From the sequence record DRR723986_4063: DNA of 32,968 nt; one strand, given 5' to 3'. The notes beneath the pieces are model-generated. The model worked only from the letters and a program-made list of their open reading frames with translations. It ran no database searches and was not told the DNA's origin. Both the position numbers and the translations under genes were made by a program. How positions within the stretch are numbered: the first letter of the stretch is position 1; each line of letters opens with the position of its first letter. Positions 17,087 through 26,356 of this stretch are shown piece by piece.

Positions 17087-18052
17087 ATGACACCACGTGA
17101 AGCGATTGGTAGCCTGCGCGAGCGGATGATCGCCTCAGTGATTGGACAGGAGCGCGTGGTCGATCGACTGCTGCTCACATTGCTCTGTAACGGTAACGCC
17201 CTGCTTGAGGGGTTGCCTGGCCTGGCCAAGACCAGGGCAATCAAGACGCTTTCGCGGAATCTGGAGTCTGAGTACAGTCGGATTCAGTTCACGCCAGATC
17301 TGCTTCCGGCTGATGTGACAGGGTCAGAGATCTACTTGGGAGAGAACAGCTCGGAGCGATTTTCGTTCCAGCCGGGCCCAATCTTTGCCAACCTGGTTCT
17401 AGCCGATGAAATCAATCGTGCTCCCGCAAAAGTCCAGTCCGCACTTTTAGAGGCCATGGAGGAACGCCAGGTAACGGTCGCAGGCACAACGCACAGAATG
17501 CCGCCGCTATTCATGGTGCTGGCAACTCAAAATCCAGTTGAACAGGAAGGGACATATCCATTGCCAGAGGCGCAGATGGACCGCTTTCTGATGCATATAA
17601 CAATCGACTACCCGAGCGACGAAGCAGAAAAGAAAATCGTACAACTTGTGCGCAACGAGTCTTCTTCCGAGATGGTGGAACAGTCGCCTCAGATCGCTCA
17701 GCAAGCAATACTTGACGCTAGGCAGGAAATTGACGCAGTCGAAGTCGCCGATGCGATGGCAGACTACGTCGTCGCACTCATAGCAGCAACTCGTCGCCCC
17801 GGTGAATTGAGCGACGATCTTGCCAAATGGATCACCATGGGGGCAAGCCCGCGTGGAACTCTGGCTCTGGATAAGGCGTCGCGTGCCAACGCATGGATGG
17901 CGGGAAGGCATTCTGTTACACCGGATGACGTTCGCGATGTCGCCTACGACTGTCTCCGCCACCGCCTTGGGTTATCTTACGAGGCGACAGCAGAAGGTGT
18001 TCGGGCCGACGATGTCATCAGCAAAGTTATTCAACTGGTGCCCGTCGTATAG
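17087..18052 (+). CDS. moxR: MoxR-family AAA+ ATPase
   Basis: Walker A LEGLPGLAKT, RIQFTPDLLPAD, Walker B LADEINRAPAKVQSALLEAM, ATQNP.EQEGTYPLPEAQMDRF, GASPR. ATG 17087 preferred over TTG 17045. Confidence 0.95.
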   Translation: MTPREAIGSLRERMIASVIGQERVVDRLLLTLLCNGNALLEGLPGLAKTRAIKTLSRNLESEYSRIQFTPDLLPADVTGSEIYLGENSSERFSFQPGPIFANLVLADEINRAPAKVQSALLEAMEERQVTVAGTTHRMPPLFMVLATQNPVEQEGTYPLPEAQMDRFLMHITIDYPSDEAEKKIVQLVRNESSSEMVEQSPQIAQQAILDARQEIDAVEVADAMADYVVALIAATRRPGELSDDLAKWITMGASPRGTLALDKASRANAWMAGRHSVTPDDVRDVAYDCLRHRLGLSYEATAEGVRADDVISKVIQLVPVV

Positions 18053-18109
18053 GTTTGGCTGATTGTGTGCCAAGATTCATTAAACGCGGCGCATCGGATA
18101 TGAGTTCTA

Positions 18110-19039
18110 ATGAGCCATGACTACTCTGACTACCGAGTATACGCAGACCTGAAGACACTGGTCTCGCTTAAGAGTCGCATTCGCGGATTGAATTTTCTGC
18201 CCCGGCAGCCGGTTTCAAGCCTACTCTCCGGACGGCACGCATCGCGGCTCCGCGGCCGAGGGCTCAACTTCGAAGAGATCCGCCACTACCAATCTGGCGA
18301 CGATGTTCGCTCGATAGACTGGAAAGTCACAGCCCGAACTCGCCAGCCCCACACAAGAGTTTTCACTGAAGAACGAGATCGCCCTGTCTTGTTGGTCGTC
18401 GATCAACGGATAAGCATGTTCTTCGGGTCGCAGAACTACATGAAGTCAGTTACCGCTGCACATCTGGCCGCGCTGACAACTTGGAAGGTACTTGACCAGG
18501 GGGATCGTGTTGGTGCAATCATATTCAATGATGACCTAGATCGATTCGTACCAGCACAACGAAGCCAGCGGACGGCAATTCAGTGTCTGTCCGAACTGGT
18601 CGACTTCAATCACCAGCTTTCAATCGACGTGCCGGCGCCCAACGATGCAAGTAGATTCAACGAAATCCTGGAACGGACCGTGAATCTGGCACGCCATAAT
18701 CATCTGGTGGTGATCATCAGCGACTTTTACGGTTTGAACCGCGCATGCTATTCCTCGCTGCGAGAGTTGACGACGCACAACGATGTTTTAGGCGTGCTTG
18801 TGCACGATGAGCTAGCGTCTAAGCTACCTAGTATGGAGCAGTTGGTTGTTTCCGATGGACAACTGCAGATTAGTGTTGACGACCGCAGGAGTCGCAAACG
18901 CTTGTTGGAAACAGTTTCAGGTCGAATTGAAAACGTGCTAGATCTGCAGCGGCATTTCGACATGCCAATCCTGCCAATTTCAACCAGCAGCGACCCGCTA
19001 CCGCAGCTCCTGCGAGCACTGGGAGGTTCCACGCGGTGA
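18110..19039 (+). CDS. DUF58 family protein (MoxR partner)
   Basis: GRGLNFEEIRHYQSGDDVRSIDWKVTAR; VDQRISMFFGS; ISDF. Confidence 0.93.
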   Translation: MSHDYSDYRVYADLKTLVSLKSRIRGLNFLPRQPVSSLLSGRHASRLRGRGLNFEEIRHYQSGDDVRSIDWKVTARTRQPHTRVFTEERDRPVLLVVDQRISMFFGSQNYMKSVTAAHLAALTTWKVLDQGDRVGAIIFNDDLDRFVPAQRSQRTAIQCLSELVDFNHQLSIDVPAPNDASRFNEILERTVNLARHNHLVVIISDFYGLNRACYSSLRELTTHNDVLGVLVHDELASKLPSMEQLVVSDGQLQISVDDRRSRKRLLETVSGRIENVLDLQRHFDMPILPISTSSDPLPQLLRALGGSTR

Positions 19040-19506
19040 GCGATGATCCCTATAGTCTTGATCGTATGCAGGATATTGCTGTTGGGCCGCCTGTTACTTG
19101 GTGGCCGCTGGCGCCGGCGTGGTACCTAGTGCTTGCGATTGTACTGGTACTCATCCTATGGCGGACCATCAGCTACTGTGTTCGCCACTATCAAAATCGA
19201 TATCGCCGTGCGGCGCTCGAAGAGTTGTCGTTGTTGCAGGTCGGCGACGTTCGGAGACTGTCCGAATTACTTAAACGCGTTGCACTGGTAAGCTATCCCG
19301 TCGAACAAGTCGCTTCGCTCACCGGCAAGACGTGGGTGCAGTTCTTACGTCAAGAAGTGCCTCCATCCACCTTTGGCGATGCAGACTCTCCATTGGAGAC
19401 TGCTTCTTACGAATCACACGTGACTCTGGAAGCTGATGCTTGGAGCAGTCTTGTTCGGGACGCAAGACATTGGATCCTTAAGCACCAGGGGAGGGCGGCA
19501 GCATGA
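19036..19506 (+). CDS. DUF4381 family membrane protein
   Basis: L..MQDI..PPVTWWPLAPAW, YRRAAL.EL, LLKRVAL, VASLTG..W..FL; GTGA overlap with the DUF58 gene. Confidence 0.88.
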   Translation: MSDDPYSLDRMQDIAVGPPVTWWPLAPAWYLVLAIVLVLILWRTISYCVRHYQNRYRRAALEELSLLQVGDVRRLSELLKRVALVSYPVEQVASLTGKTWVQFLRQEVPPSTFGDADSPLETASYESHVTLEADAWSSLVRDARHWILKHQGRAAA

Positions 19507-20549
19507 GTTTTGCCTACCCCTGGTTATGGTTGCTATTGCCAATTCCAATCGTGATTAGGCTTGTGTGGAATCAACACGTTCAGAATGCGCCAGCGGTGCG
19601 AGTTCCAATGTTTGAGGTTGTTGTGGAGGCAACCGGAAAACGGGCCAGTTCTGGAGCAAGCGTTGCTCGGCGCCCATGGTGGGCAGGCGTTGTCTTTGTA
19701 GTTTGCTGGGTCGCGCTAGTTTGCGCGTTGACAAAGCCTCAGCGACTCTTGCCAGCAGAGACTCGTGACATTGCGACGCGTGACTTGCTGCTAGCGATTG
19801 ATCTTTCCGGATCGATGGAGACGCAGGACTTTAAGAATCAGGAAGGAAAGAGTCAGAGCCGCCTGCAGGCAGTCAAAGAAGTGCTAAACCAGTTCTTGGC
19901 TGAGCGGCGCGGCGATCGAGTTGGGATGATCGTATTTGGAACAGGAGCATTCGTCCAAATCCCCTTCACTCAAGACCTGGAAGTCTGTCAGGAATTAACC
20001 AGCGAATTGGAAGTTCGTATGGCAGGCCCCAAGACGTCCTTCGGCGATGCAATAGGTTTATCGATCAACGTTTTTGAGCGTAGCGACCTGGAGGACAAAG
20101 TGTTGATCGTCCTGACCGACGGCAATGACACCGGCAGCCGCATTCCACCAACAGAAGCAGCCAAGATTGCGGGCGACAATGGAATTGTCGTGCATACTGT
20201 TGGCGTGGGCGATCCGACAGCAGCAGGAGAAGAGTTGCTCGATGTGGAAACACTTCGCGATGTGGCGGAGACAACCGGTGGGCAATATTTTTTTGCGGCC
20301 GATCGCGCGGCTCTGGCCAGCGTCTACGCCCAGATCGATGGAATCGAGTCGCGTGAAGTAGAACAGCTATCTCACCGACCTCGGCAGGATCTATACCATT
20401 GGCCGCTCGGCTTAGCATTTGTCGCATCTATAGCGGCCGTGCTGCTCGGGCTCGTCCGAACCAGCGGCAGCGTCGCTGCTTTCACTCACCAAAAGCGGGC
20501 ATTGCGTTCGAATCTGTCGCGGCGTCACACCCAGAGGGAGCTGCTCTAG
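19503..20549 (+). CDS. VWA domain membrane protein (BatA-like)
   Basis: MSFAYPWLWLLLP N-terminus; MIDAS DLSGSM; DRVGMIVFG; LTDGND; HTVGVG. Confidence 0.9.
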   Translation: MSFAYPWLWLLLPIPIVIRLVWNQHVQNAPAVRVPMFEVVVEATGKRASSGASVARRPWWAGVVFVVCWVALVCALTKPQRLLPAETRDIATRDLLLAIDLSGSMETQDFKNQEGKSQSRLQAVKEVLNQFLAERRGDRVGMIVFGTGAFVQIPFTQDLEVCQELTSELEVRMAGPKTSFGDAIGLSINVFERSDLEDKVLIVLTDGNDTGSRIPPTEAAKIAGDNGIVVHTVGVGDPTAAGEELLDVETLRDVAETTGGQYFFAADRAALASVYAQIDGIESREVEQLSHRPRQDLYHWPLGLAFVASIAAVLLGLVRTSGSVAAFTHQKRALRSNLSRRHTQRELL

Positions 20550-21472
20550 TGCTTGAAGCAGTTGCCGCATTTCATTTCCTGCGCCCCTGGTGGTTGCTTG
20601 GCATGCCAGTATCTCTGATGATTTGGCGATGGATGGTCGTTCGCGAAAAACGAAGACTGACGCTCGATGGTACGTTGGCCTCACATCTGGTGGAGCATCT
20701 AGTTGTTCACCCGAAAGCCGCGAGTTGGTTTCAGCCTCGAACCGTCCTGGTAGCTGTCTGGATTGTCGCTAGTCTAGCACTGGCTGGCCCAACTTTTCGG
20801 CTTCAGCCGAACCCGTTTGCTGATGACAAGGCTGGACTTTTTATCGTACTGCACCTTAGCGAATCGATGAACAACACGGATCTGCCTCCAACTCGTTTGG
20901 AACAAACCCGTATTAAGCTGCGGGCATTGATCAATGCCCGCAGTGGAGCGCCAACGGGACTCATCGCATACAGTGGAACGGCCCATCTGGTGATGCCGCT
21001 GACTACCGACGGTGATGTCATTGACTATCAACTTCAAGCCCTGAGCCCCGAGTTGATGCCCCAGTCGGGTGATGCAACCAGCCAGGCGATCCAGCTCGCA
21101 ATGACGCGACTCAGTCAAAGCGCATCCGGGGGATCGATCCTTTTGGTTTCTGATTCGGTAACCACCGACCAGATTGAGCGATGCGGTCGCCTGGATTCAC
21201 CGAGGCTTCAAATTTGGGCGCCGCTCCGGGACGACTCGGAGCTGGAGCCAACTGGTCTCCAAAGACTTGGGGAAGAGATGGGTAGCCCAGTCCTGTCTTT
21301 CGCTGCGGATACGCGCGACGTGGCGACCGTTGAACGCCGGTCCTCACGGGCGCTAGCAACGGTAACAGAACAGGACTCTTCGCGGTGGGCCGACGATGGC
21401 TATTGGTGCTTGCCATTGTTGGTTGTCTTCAGCTCGCTCTGGTGTCGGCGAGGATGGAGTCTAGCACGATGA
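20549..21472 (+). CDS. VWA domain membrane protein (BatB-like), degenerate MIDAS
   Basis: GTG 20549 overlaps the upstream TAG, with GAGGGAG upstream; FHFLRPWWLL; ALAGP; HLSESM; GLIAYSGTAHLVMPLT.D. Confidence 0.88.
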   Translation: MLEAVAAFHFLRPWWLLGMPVSLMIWRWMVVREKRRLTLDGTLASHLVEHLVVHPKAASWFQPRTVLVAVWIVASLALAGPTFRLQPNPFADDKAGLFIVLHLSESMNNTDLPPTRLEQTRIKLRALINARSGAPTGLIAYSGTAHLVMPLTTDGDVIDYQLQALSPELMPQSGDATSQAIQLAMTRLSQSASGGSILLVSDSVTTDQIERCGRLDSPRLQIWAPLRDDSELEPTGLQRLGEEMGSPVLSFAADTRDVATVERRSSRALATVTEQDSSRWADDGYWCLPLLVVFSSLWCRRGWSLAR

Positions 21473-22125
21473 AGCGAGCACAACGAACGGTTCGATTTAT
21501 TTGTTTGATCCTGGTCCTTGGAGGCGTGGGGTTGACCATTCAGCGCGGCAGTGAAGCTTGGTTGACGGCGGATCAAATGGGGGAGCGGCTTTACCGGCAG
21601 GAGAAATATCAAGCTGCTGCGAACACCTACTCAAATCCGATGAAACGAGGCGTTTCCGAGTACCGAGCTGGGGATTTCGAACGCGCGGCGGAGACGTTTC
21701 GCGGGATACCGAGTCTGGATGCCGTGTTCAACCAAGCCAACGCCCACATGATGCTCGGCGAGTATGAGACGGCCGTGGGTTTGTACGAAAATGTGGTTGA
21801 GCAGTCGGATAGACAGGACGCCAAGACCAATCTAGAGATTGCTCTCGGCCGCTGGGAACGCGTGAAAGATGAAGGCGGCCAGATGACTGGTGGAAAACTG
21901 GGAGCTGACGAAATCGTCTTCGACAATACCGGTGGCGCAAACAAAGCGGGCGATACCGTCGACGAAACGGAAGAGGGTGGCATGTCCGATGAGCAGCTTA
22001 GGGGCCTTTGGCTTCGGGAGGTTCAGACCACGCCGTCAGATTTCCTGAGAGCCAAGTTTGGCTTTCAGTTGGCTCGCCAGAACGAGTCGGCGGCTGAAAA
22101 TCCCGATGAAGAAGGGCGACGCTGA
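21469..22125 (+). CDS. TPR repeat protein (BatC-like)
   Basis: ATGA overlap; WLTADQ.G, YRAGDFERAA, FNQANA...GEYETAV..YE TPR pattern; WLREVQTTPSDFLRAKF tail. Confidence 0.85.
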   Translation: MKRAQRTVRFICLILVLGGVGLTIQRGSEAWLTADQMGERLYRQEKYQAAANTYSNPMKRGVSEYRAGDFERAAETFRGIPSLDAVFNQANAHMMLGEYETAVGLYENVVEQSDRQDAKTNLEIALGRWERVKDEGGQMTGGKLGADEIVFDNTGGANKAGDTVDETEEGGMSDEQLRGLWLREVQTTPSDFLRAKFGFQLARQNESAAENPDEEGRR

Positions 22126-23435
22126 TGAAACGACCAACTGTAGTATTGCATTTGGTTACGGCGTTACTCGCTGTCGCTTTTGAATTGGCAAGTACTTCTA
22201 ATGCAGAGACTGTAGGACGAATTCATGTGGTCCCCGAGAGTAGCACGATCGTCGGCGGTCGGCTTGTTGTGTCAATCGATGTGTTAACCGATGCTGGGTG
22301 GGCAAAACTTGCCAGTCCTCCAAAGATCGACGTGCCTGGTGCACTAACATTCGTTCCCCCTGCACAATCGTTACGAGTCAGTGACACCATCAATGGTGAA
22401 ACGTACTCTGGTAGTCGAGTCGAAGTTTGGTTGTTCCCGCTAGAATCTGGTGAACTGACGATACCAAACATGGAAGTCGTCGCATTTGAGCAATCGTTCG
22501 CGCCGCAGGGGGAATCCAAACGTCAGATGATAACGCTTGACGGCGTCCGTATTTCCGTCGAACCGACGGTGGAAACCGATCGTCCTAGCGGACCGTATCC
22601 AGTCACTAGTCAGTTAAGCCTTTCCCAGAGCTGGTCTGATATTCCGGGAAAGGTACTCGTTGGCGATGGGATTACGCGGTCGGTTGTGCAAACAGCAAAA
22701 GAAATTCCAACGCTGCTCTTGAATCCCGTCGATTTATCTGGTCCAGCGAGTTGTGAAAAAGCAGATCGCGAGCCGACCTCGAACAACGACTTCAATCGTG
22801 GAACGCTGACCTCAGCTCGCACTGATTCGGCAACCTACATATTCCGTACGCCTGGGACAATCAGTTTTCCCGCGGTCAACGTCAAGTGGATCGAGGCATC
22901 CTCTGGCGAGTTGCGCACCGCTACGGTTGATGGTTTGGAAGTGGTCGTGCAGGCGGTCGCGGAAGCGGAGCAGGGCAACGCAGCCGCACGTACTCGCGAG
23001 GGAGGACACAGCCCCGTCGTTGTGGCGCTGGGATTGGTTCTCTTGATCACCCTTGCTCTTTATGCTGGGCTTAGGCTGTTCGGTCGATGGATGGATTGGA
23101 AACCGGTGCCTGGGCATATCGAACGCAAGAAATTTAGAGCGGTGCAGCGTGCCGCCCAATCCGGTAACGCGACTAGTCTACTATCAGCAGCCTACGACTG
23201 GTCTAGCAGCGTCGTCGAGCAAGAGCGAGGGTTGCATTCGTGGCTAGTTCAAGAAGCTGGCACATCAAAACACCTCGAAACACTTGAGAATTGCGTTTTC
23301 GAACAGAAGCCATTTGGTGCAACGCAAGATTTCATGACCACATTCCGTAAGGCTCGCCAGTCGTATTTGAAACGCACGCGTCAACGCGCCCACGCAAGTG
23401 TCCTTCCACCACTGCGAAAATCCGGTGCTGAATAA
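22125..23435 (+). CDS. BatD-family protein
   Basis: TGATG overlap; signal peptide, beta-rich domains (FPLESGELTIP; VGDGITRSV; PGTISFPAVNVKW), C-terminal TM and LPPL tail. Confidence 0.8.
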   Translation: MKRPTVVLHLVTALLAVAFELASTSNAETVGRIHVVPESSTIVGGRLVVSIDVLTDAGWAKLASPPKIDVPGALTFVPPAQSLRVSDTINGETYSGSRVEVWLFPLESGELTIPNMEVVAFEQSFAPQGESKRQMITLDGVRISVEPTVETDRPSGPYPVTSQLSLSQSWSDIPGKVLVGDGITRSVVQTAKEIPTLLLNPVDLSGPASCEKADREPTSNNDFNRGTLTSARTDSATYIFRTPGTISFPAVNVKWIEASSGELRTATVDGLEVVVQAVAEAEQGNAAARTREGGHSPVVVALGLVLLITLALYAGLRLFGRWMDWKPVPGHIERKKFRAVQRAAQSGNATSLLSAAYDWSSSVVEQERGLHSWLVQEAGTSKHLETLENCVFEQKPFGATQDFMTTFRKARQSYLKRTRQRAHASVLPPLRKSGAE

Positions 23436-23575
23436 CAGATGCAGACGGCAGGTTCAATACTGTATAGTTCTTCCCATGCATTCTCCTTCTACAGACTCCC
23501 GCGCGGTAGCTGGCATCCGCACTGTCATGCGGACCGATCCGCAACGCGTCCGGAAATTGGACACCAACACAACCA

Positions 23576-24787
23576 ATGAACACATCACCATACCGCTTAA
23601 AGCTACTGAGCGTCTGCGCTTTTGTCACGTTGGTTGGGCTGACGGCCCGACAGAGTGTGGCCGATGAAAAGCCGCTGAAAGTCTACATACTGGCTGGCCA
23701 ATCGAACATGCAGGGCTCGGCGCATCAAAGCACTCTTGCAGCGATGAGTGATGACCCGCAATCTGCCCAGTTGCTCGTAGATTTTCTTGACGAACAAGGC
23801 AAACCTGTTGAGTGTAGTAGTGCCTACGTGACCTACCTTACTAACCGCCGTGGCAAGGAAACTCGCCTCAGTGGTAAGGTGAAAGTGGGCTATGGGTTTG
23901 ATGACGAGCGAATCGGGCCAGAATATGGATTTGGGATCTACATCGATAAGGCACTTGATGAACCGGTGCTGATTATCAAGGCGGCCTGGGGCGGGAAGTC
24001 GCTTGCAGTTGATTTTCGCCCACCAAGTTCTGGCCCGTATCGTCCCAGTGAGCAAGAAACTCGTCGCGGAAATGTTCCCACTGCTGACGAAGTTGGGCAC
24101 TACTACCGCGAAATGCTTCGGTTTATCAGGAGCACTCTAGAGAGTGACGATACGATTCGCAAAGTTGTCCCTGGTTACAGCGCAAGTCAGGGGTATGAGC
24201 TGGCCGGATTCGTTTGGTTTCAAGGCTGGAATGATATGTGCAATCGCCATCACCTGAACCAATACACGGAGAACATGATCCATTTTATTCGCGATGTTCG
24301 TGCCGATCTTGAGGCCCCGGAACCTCCGTTTGTTGTGGGCGTGTTGGGAGTTTACGGAACGGATCCCGACAGTCGGAAGTTCGACAAGGGACTTCCGGTC
24401 ACAGAATTCCGTGCCGCCCAGTTCGCTGCTGTCGAGCAATATGACTTGTCTGTGAAGCCCAAGTATCGCGGTAGCGTGGTGGCTGTCGACAGTGGGCCGT
24501 TCTATGAACTTGAGCTGAGCGACATCTATTGGAAAAGACGCTTGACTTCGAACTGGCACCGCCGCGTCGCGCAGGGTGAAATGACGCCGGAAGAAATGCA
24601 AACGGAATGCGAACGCTATGGTTTCGCGAGTAACCAGCTTACCGCTTCCGAGCAGGCCACCTGGGATCGCTGCGCATCGAACGCTGAGTATCACTACCTG
24701 GGCAGTGCCAAGACTTTTATTCGGTTCGGCAAGGCGCTGGCAGATGCCATGTTGTCGTTCCGATCTGACACGAGCGAATCACCCTAG
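23576..24787 (+). CDS. Secreted SGNH carbohydrate esterase (sialate O-acetylesterase SASA/CE6-like)
   Basis: Signal peptide; ILAGQSNM, IGPEYGFG, IIKAAWGGKSL, WFQGWND, EYHY. Confidence 0.85.
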   Translation: MNTSPYRLKLLSVCAFVTLVGLTARQSVADEKPLKVYILAGQSNMQGSAHQSTLAAMSDDPQSAQLLVDFLDEQGKPVECSSAYVTYLTNRRGKETRLSGKVKVGYGFDDERIGPEYGFGIYIDKALDEPVLIIKAAWGGKSLAVDFRPPSSGPYRPSEQETRRGNVPTADEVGHYYREMLRFIRSTLESDDTIRKVVPGYSASQGYELAGFVWFQGWNDMCNRHHLNQYTENMIHFIRDVRADLEAPEPPFVVGVLGVYGTDPDSRKFDKGLPVTEFRAAQFAAVEQYDLSVKPKYRGSVVAVDSGPFYELELSDIYWKRRLTSNWHRRVAQGEMTPEEMQTECERYGFASNQLTASEQATWDRCASNAEYHYLGSAKTFIRFGKALADAMLSFRSDTSESP

Positions 24788-24803
24788 GCGCCGCGGCAAA
24801 TGT

Positions 24804-26279
24804 CTAAGCGATGATGGGGTTGATCACGTTGCCGTGCACATCGGTCAGCCGGAAGCGACGGCCTTGGTACTTGTACGTTAGTCGTTCGTGGTCAATGCCC
24901 ATCAAGTGCAGGATGGTCGCATTGAAATCGTGTACATGCACACCATCGCGGACGACGTTGTATCCAAATTCATCCGTTTCCCCGTACGTTACGCCGGGCT
25001 TAATTCCGCCTCCGGCCATCCAGGTTGTAAAGCAGCGAGGGTGGTGGTCGCGACCGTAGTTGTCGTTCGTAAGCACGCCTTGTGTGTAAGAGGTTCTGCC
25101 GAATTCCCCGCCCCAAATAACCAGTGTGTCATCCAATAGCCCTAGTCGTTTGAGGTCCTTGACGAGCGCCGCGGATGCTTGATCGGTTTCCTTGGCCTGC
25201 GCTCGAATCTGCTTGGGCAAATTCGAATGCTGGTCCCAGCCTTGGTGATACAGTTGGATGAATCGGACGTCACGCTCGGCCAGCCGTCGTGCGAGTAGGC
25301 AGTTTGCTGCGAACGTTCCTGGCGTCTTCGCGGCCTGGCCGTAAAGCTCAAATGTTGATTCGGGCTCATCGGAGAAGTCCGCGACTTCCGGAACCGAAGC
25401 CTGCATGCGGAAAGCCATTTCGTACTGGGCGATTCGTGACTCGATCTCCGGATCAAGCTCCCGCGTGAACTGATGTTCGTTCAACGCCTTGATGGCATCC
25501 AGTTGGGCACGTCGCCGCTCGCGGGGGATGCCGGTTGGATTAGAAAGGTAGAGAACCGGATCACCACCGCCGCGGAATTGGACACCTTGATATTTCGAAT
25601 CGAGAAAGCCGTTCCCCCACAGCCGTGCGTACAGCGGCTGTCCTCCTTGCCCAACAGAAACGAGGACGATGAAGGCAGGCAGGTCTTCATTCTCGCTACC
25701 GAGCCCATAGTTGAGCCAAGCCCCCAAGGAAGGCCGTCCAGCGATTTGCGAACCCGTCTGGAACATCGTGATGGCAGGGTCGTGATTGATCGCCTCGGTA
25801 TGCATCGACTTGATGAAGCATACATCGTCGACGATATCACGGTGGTACGGCAGCAGCTCGCTCAGCCATGCTCCCGAGTTCCCGTGCTGAGCGAACTTGA
25901 ATGCCGAGCCGGCAAGCGGCAGCGATGACTGGTTGACCGACATTCCGGTCAGTCGCTGTTCGCCGCGCACTTCGGGTGGAATCTCACGCCCGTTCAACTC
26001 GTTCAGAATCGGCTTGTAGTCGAATAGATCCTGCTGAGCCGGTCCGCCGGACTGGAACAAGTAGATGATCCGTTTCGCTTTGGGCTCGAAATGCTCTCCA
26101 CTCGGCAGCCCAGCAGAATGAGGCAAACCCTCGGAACTAGGGTTTCCCGCGACTGAGTCAACGTTGTCGTCAGCCTTGGTGTTGGTTGGGCGTAGGAGGC
26201 TAGCGAGGGCAGCCACGCCAACACCGGTCGAGCTTGATTTAAAGAAATGACGTCGGTCGACTGAAAACGCAGGTTTCAT
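24804..26279 (-). CDS. DUF1501 family protein (Tat-exported, alkaline-phosphatase-like fold)
   Basis: Tat motif [59 protein letters not shown]. Start at ATG 26279 or GTG 26309. Confidence 0.92.
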   Translation of the reverse strand: MKPAFSVDRRHFFKSSSTGVGVAALASLLRPTNTKADDNVDSVAGNPSSEGLPHSAGLPSGEHFEPKAKRIIYLFQSGGPAQQDLFDYKPILNELNGREIPPEVRGEQRLTGMSVNQSSLPLAGSAFKFAQHGNSGAWLSELLPYHRDIVDDVCFIKSMHTEAINHDPAITMFQTGSQIAGRPSLGAWLNYGLGSENEDLPAFIVLVSVGQGGQPLYARLWGNGFLDSKYQGVQFRGGGDPVLYLSNPTGIPRERRRAQLDAIKALNEHQFTRELDPEIESRIAQYEMAFRMQASVPEVADFSDEPESTFELYGQAAKTPGTFAANCLLARRLAERDVRFIQLYHQGWDQHSNLPKQIRAQAKETDQASAALVKDLKRLGLLDDTLVIWGGEFGRTSYTQGVLTNDNYGRDHHPRCFTTWMAGGGIKPGVTYGETDEFGYNVVRDGVHVHDFNATILHLMGIDHERLTYKYQGRRFRLTDVHGNVINPIIA

Positions 26280-26356
26280 AGTAGTTATCCAGATGTTCGT
26301 CGTCTTCACGCGTCGTGCGAGGGCGACTTGGAATCAAGACGATGCAAGACTCGGTG

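Noticed and set aside
20399-20548. Long-overlap starts in the ORF track for VWA2 (20399), TPR (21385) and moxR (17045)
   Set aside because: Downstream starts at 20549 and 21469 give coupled stop/start overlaps with RBS-like sequences; 17045 lies inside the hairpin.
24804-26279. Calling DUF1501 a fourth sulfatase
   Set aside because: It lacks the C/S-x-P/A-x-R formylglycine motif.
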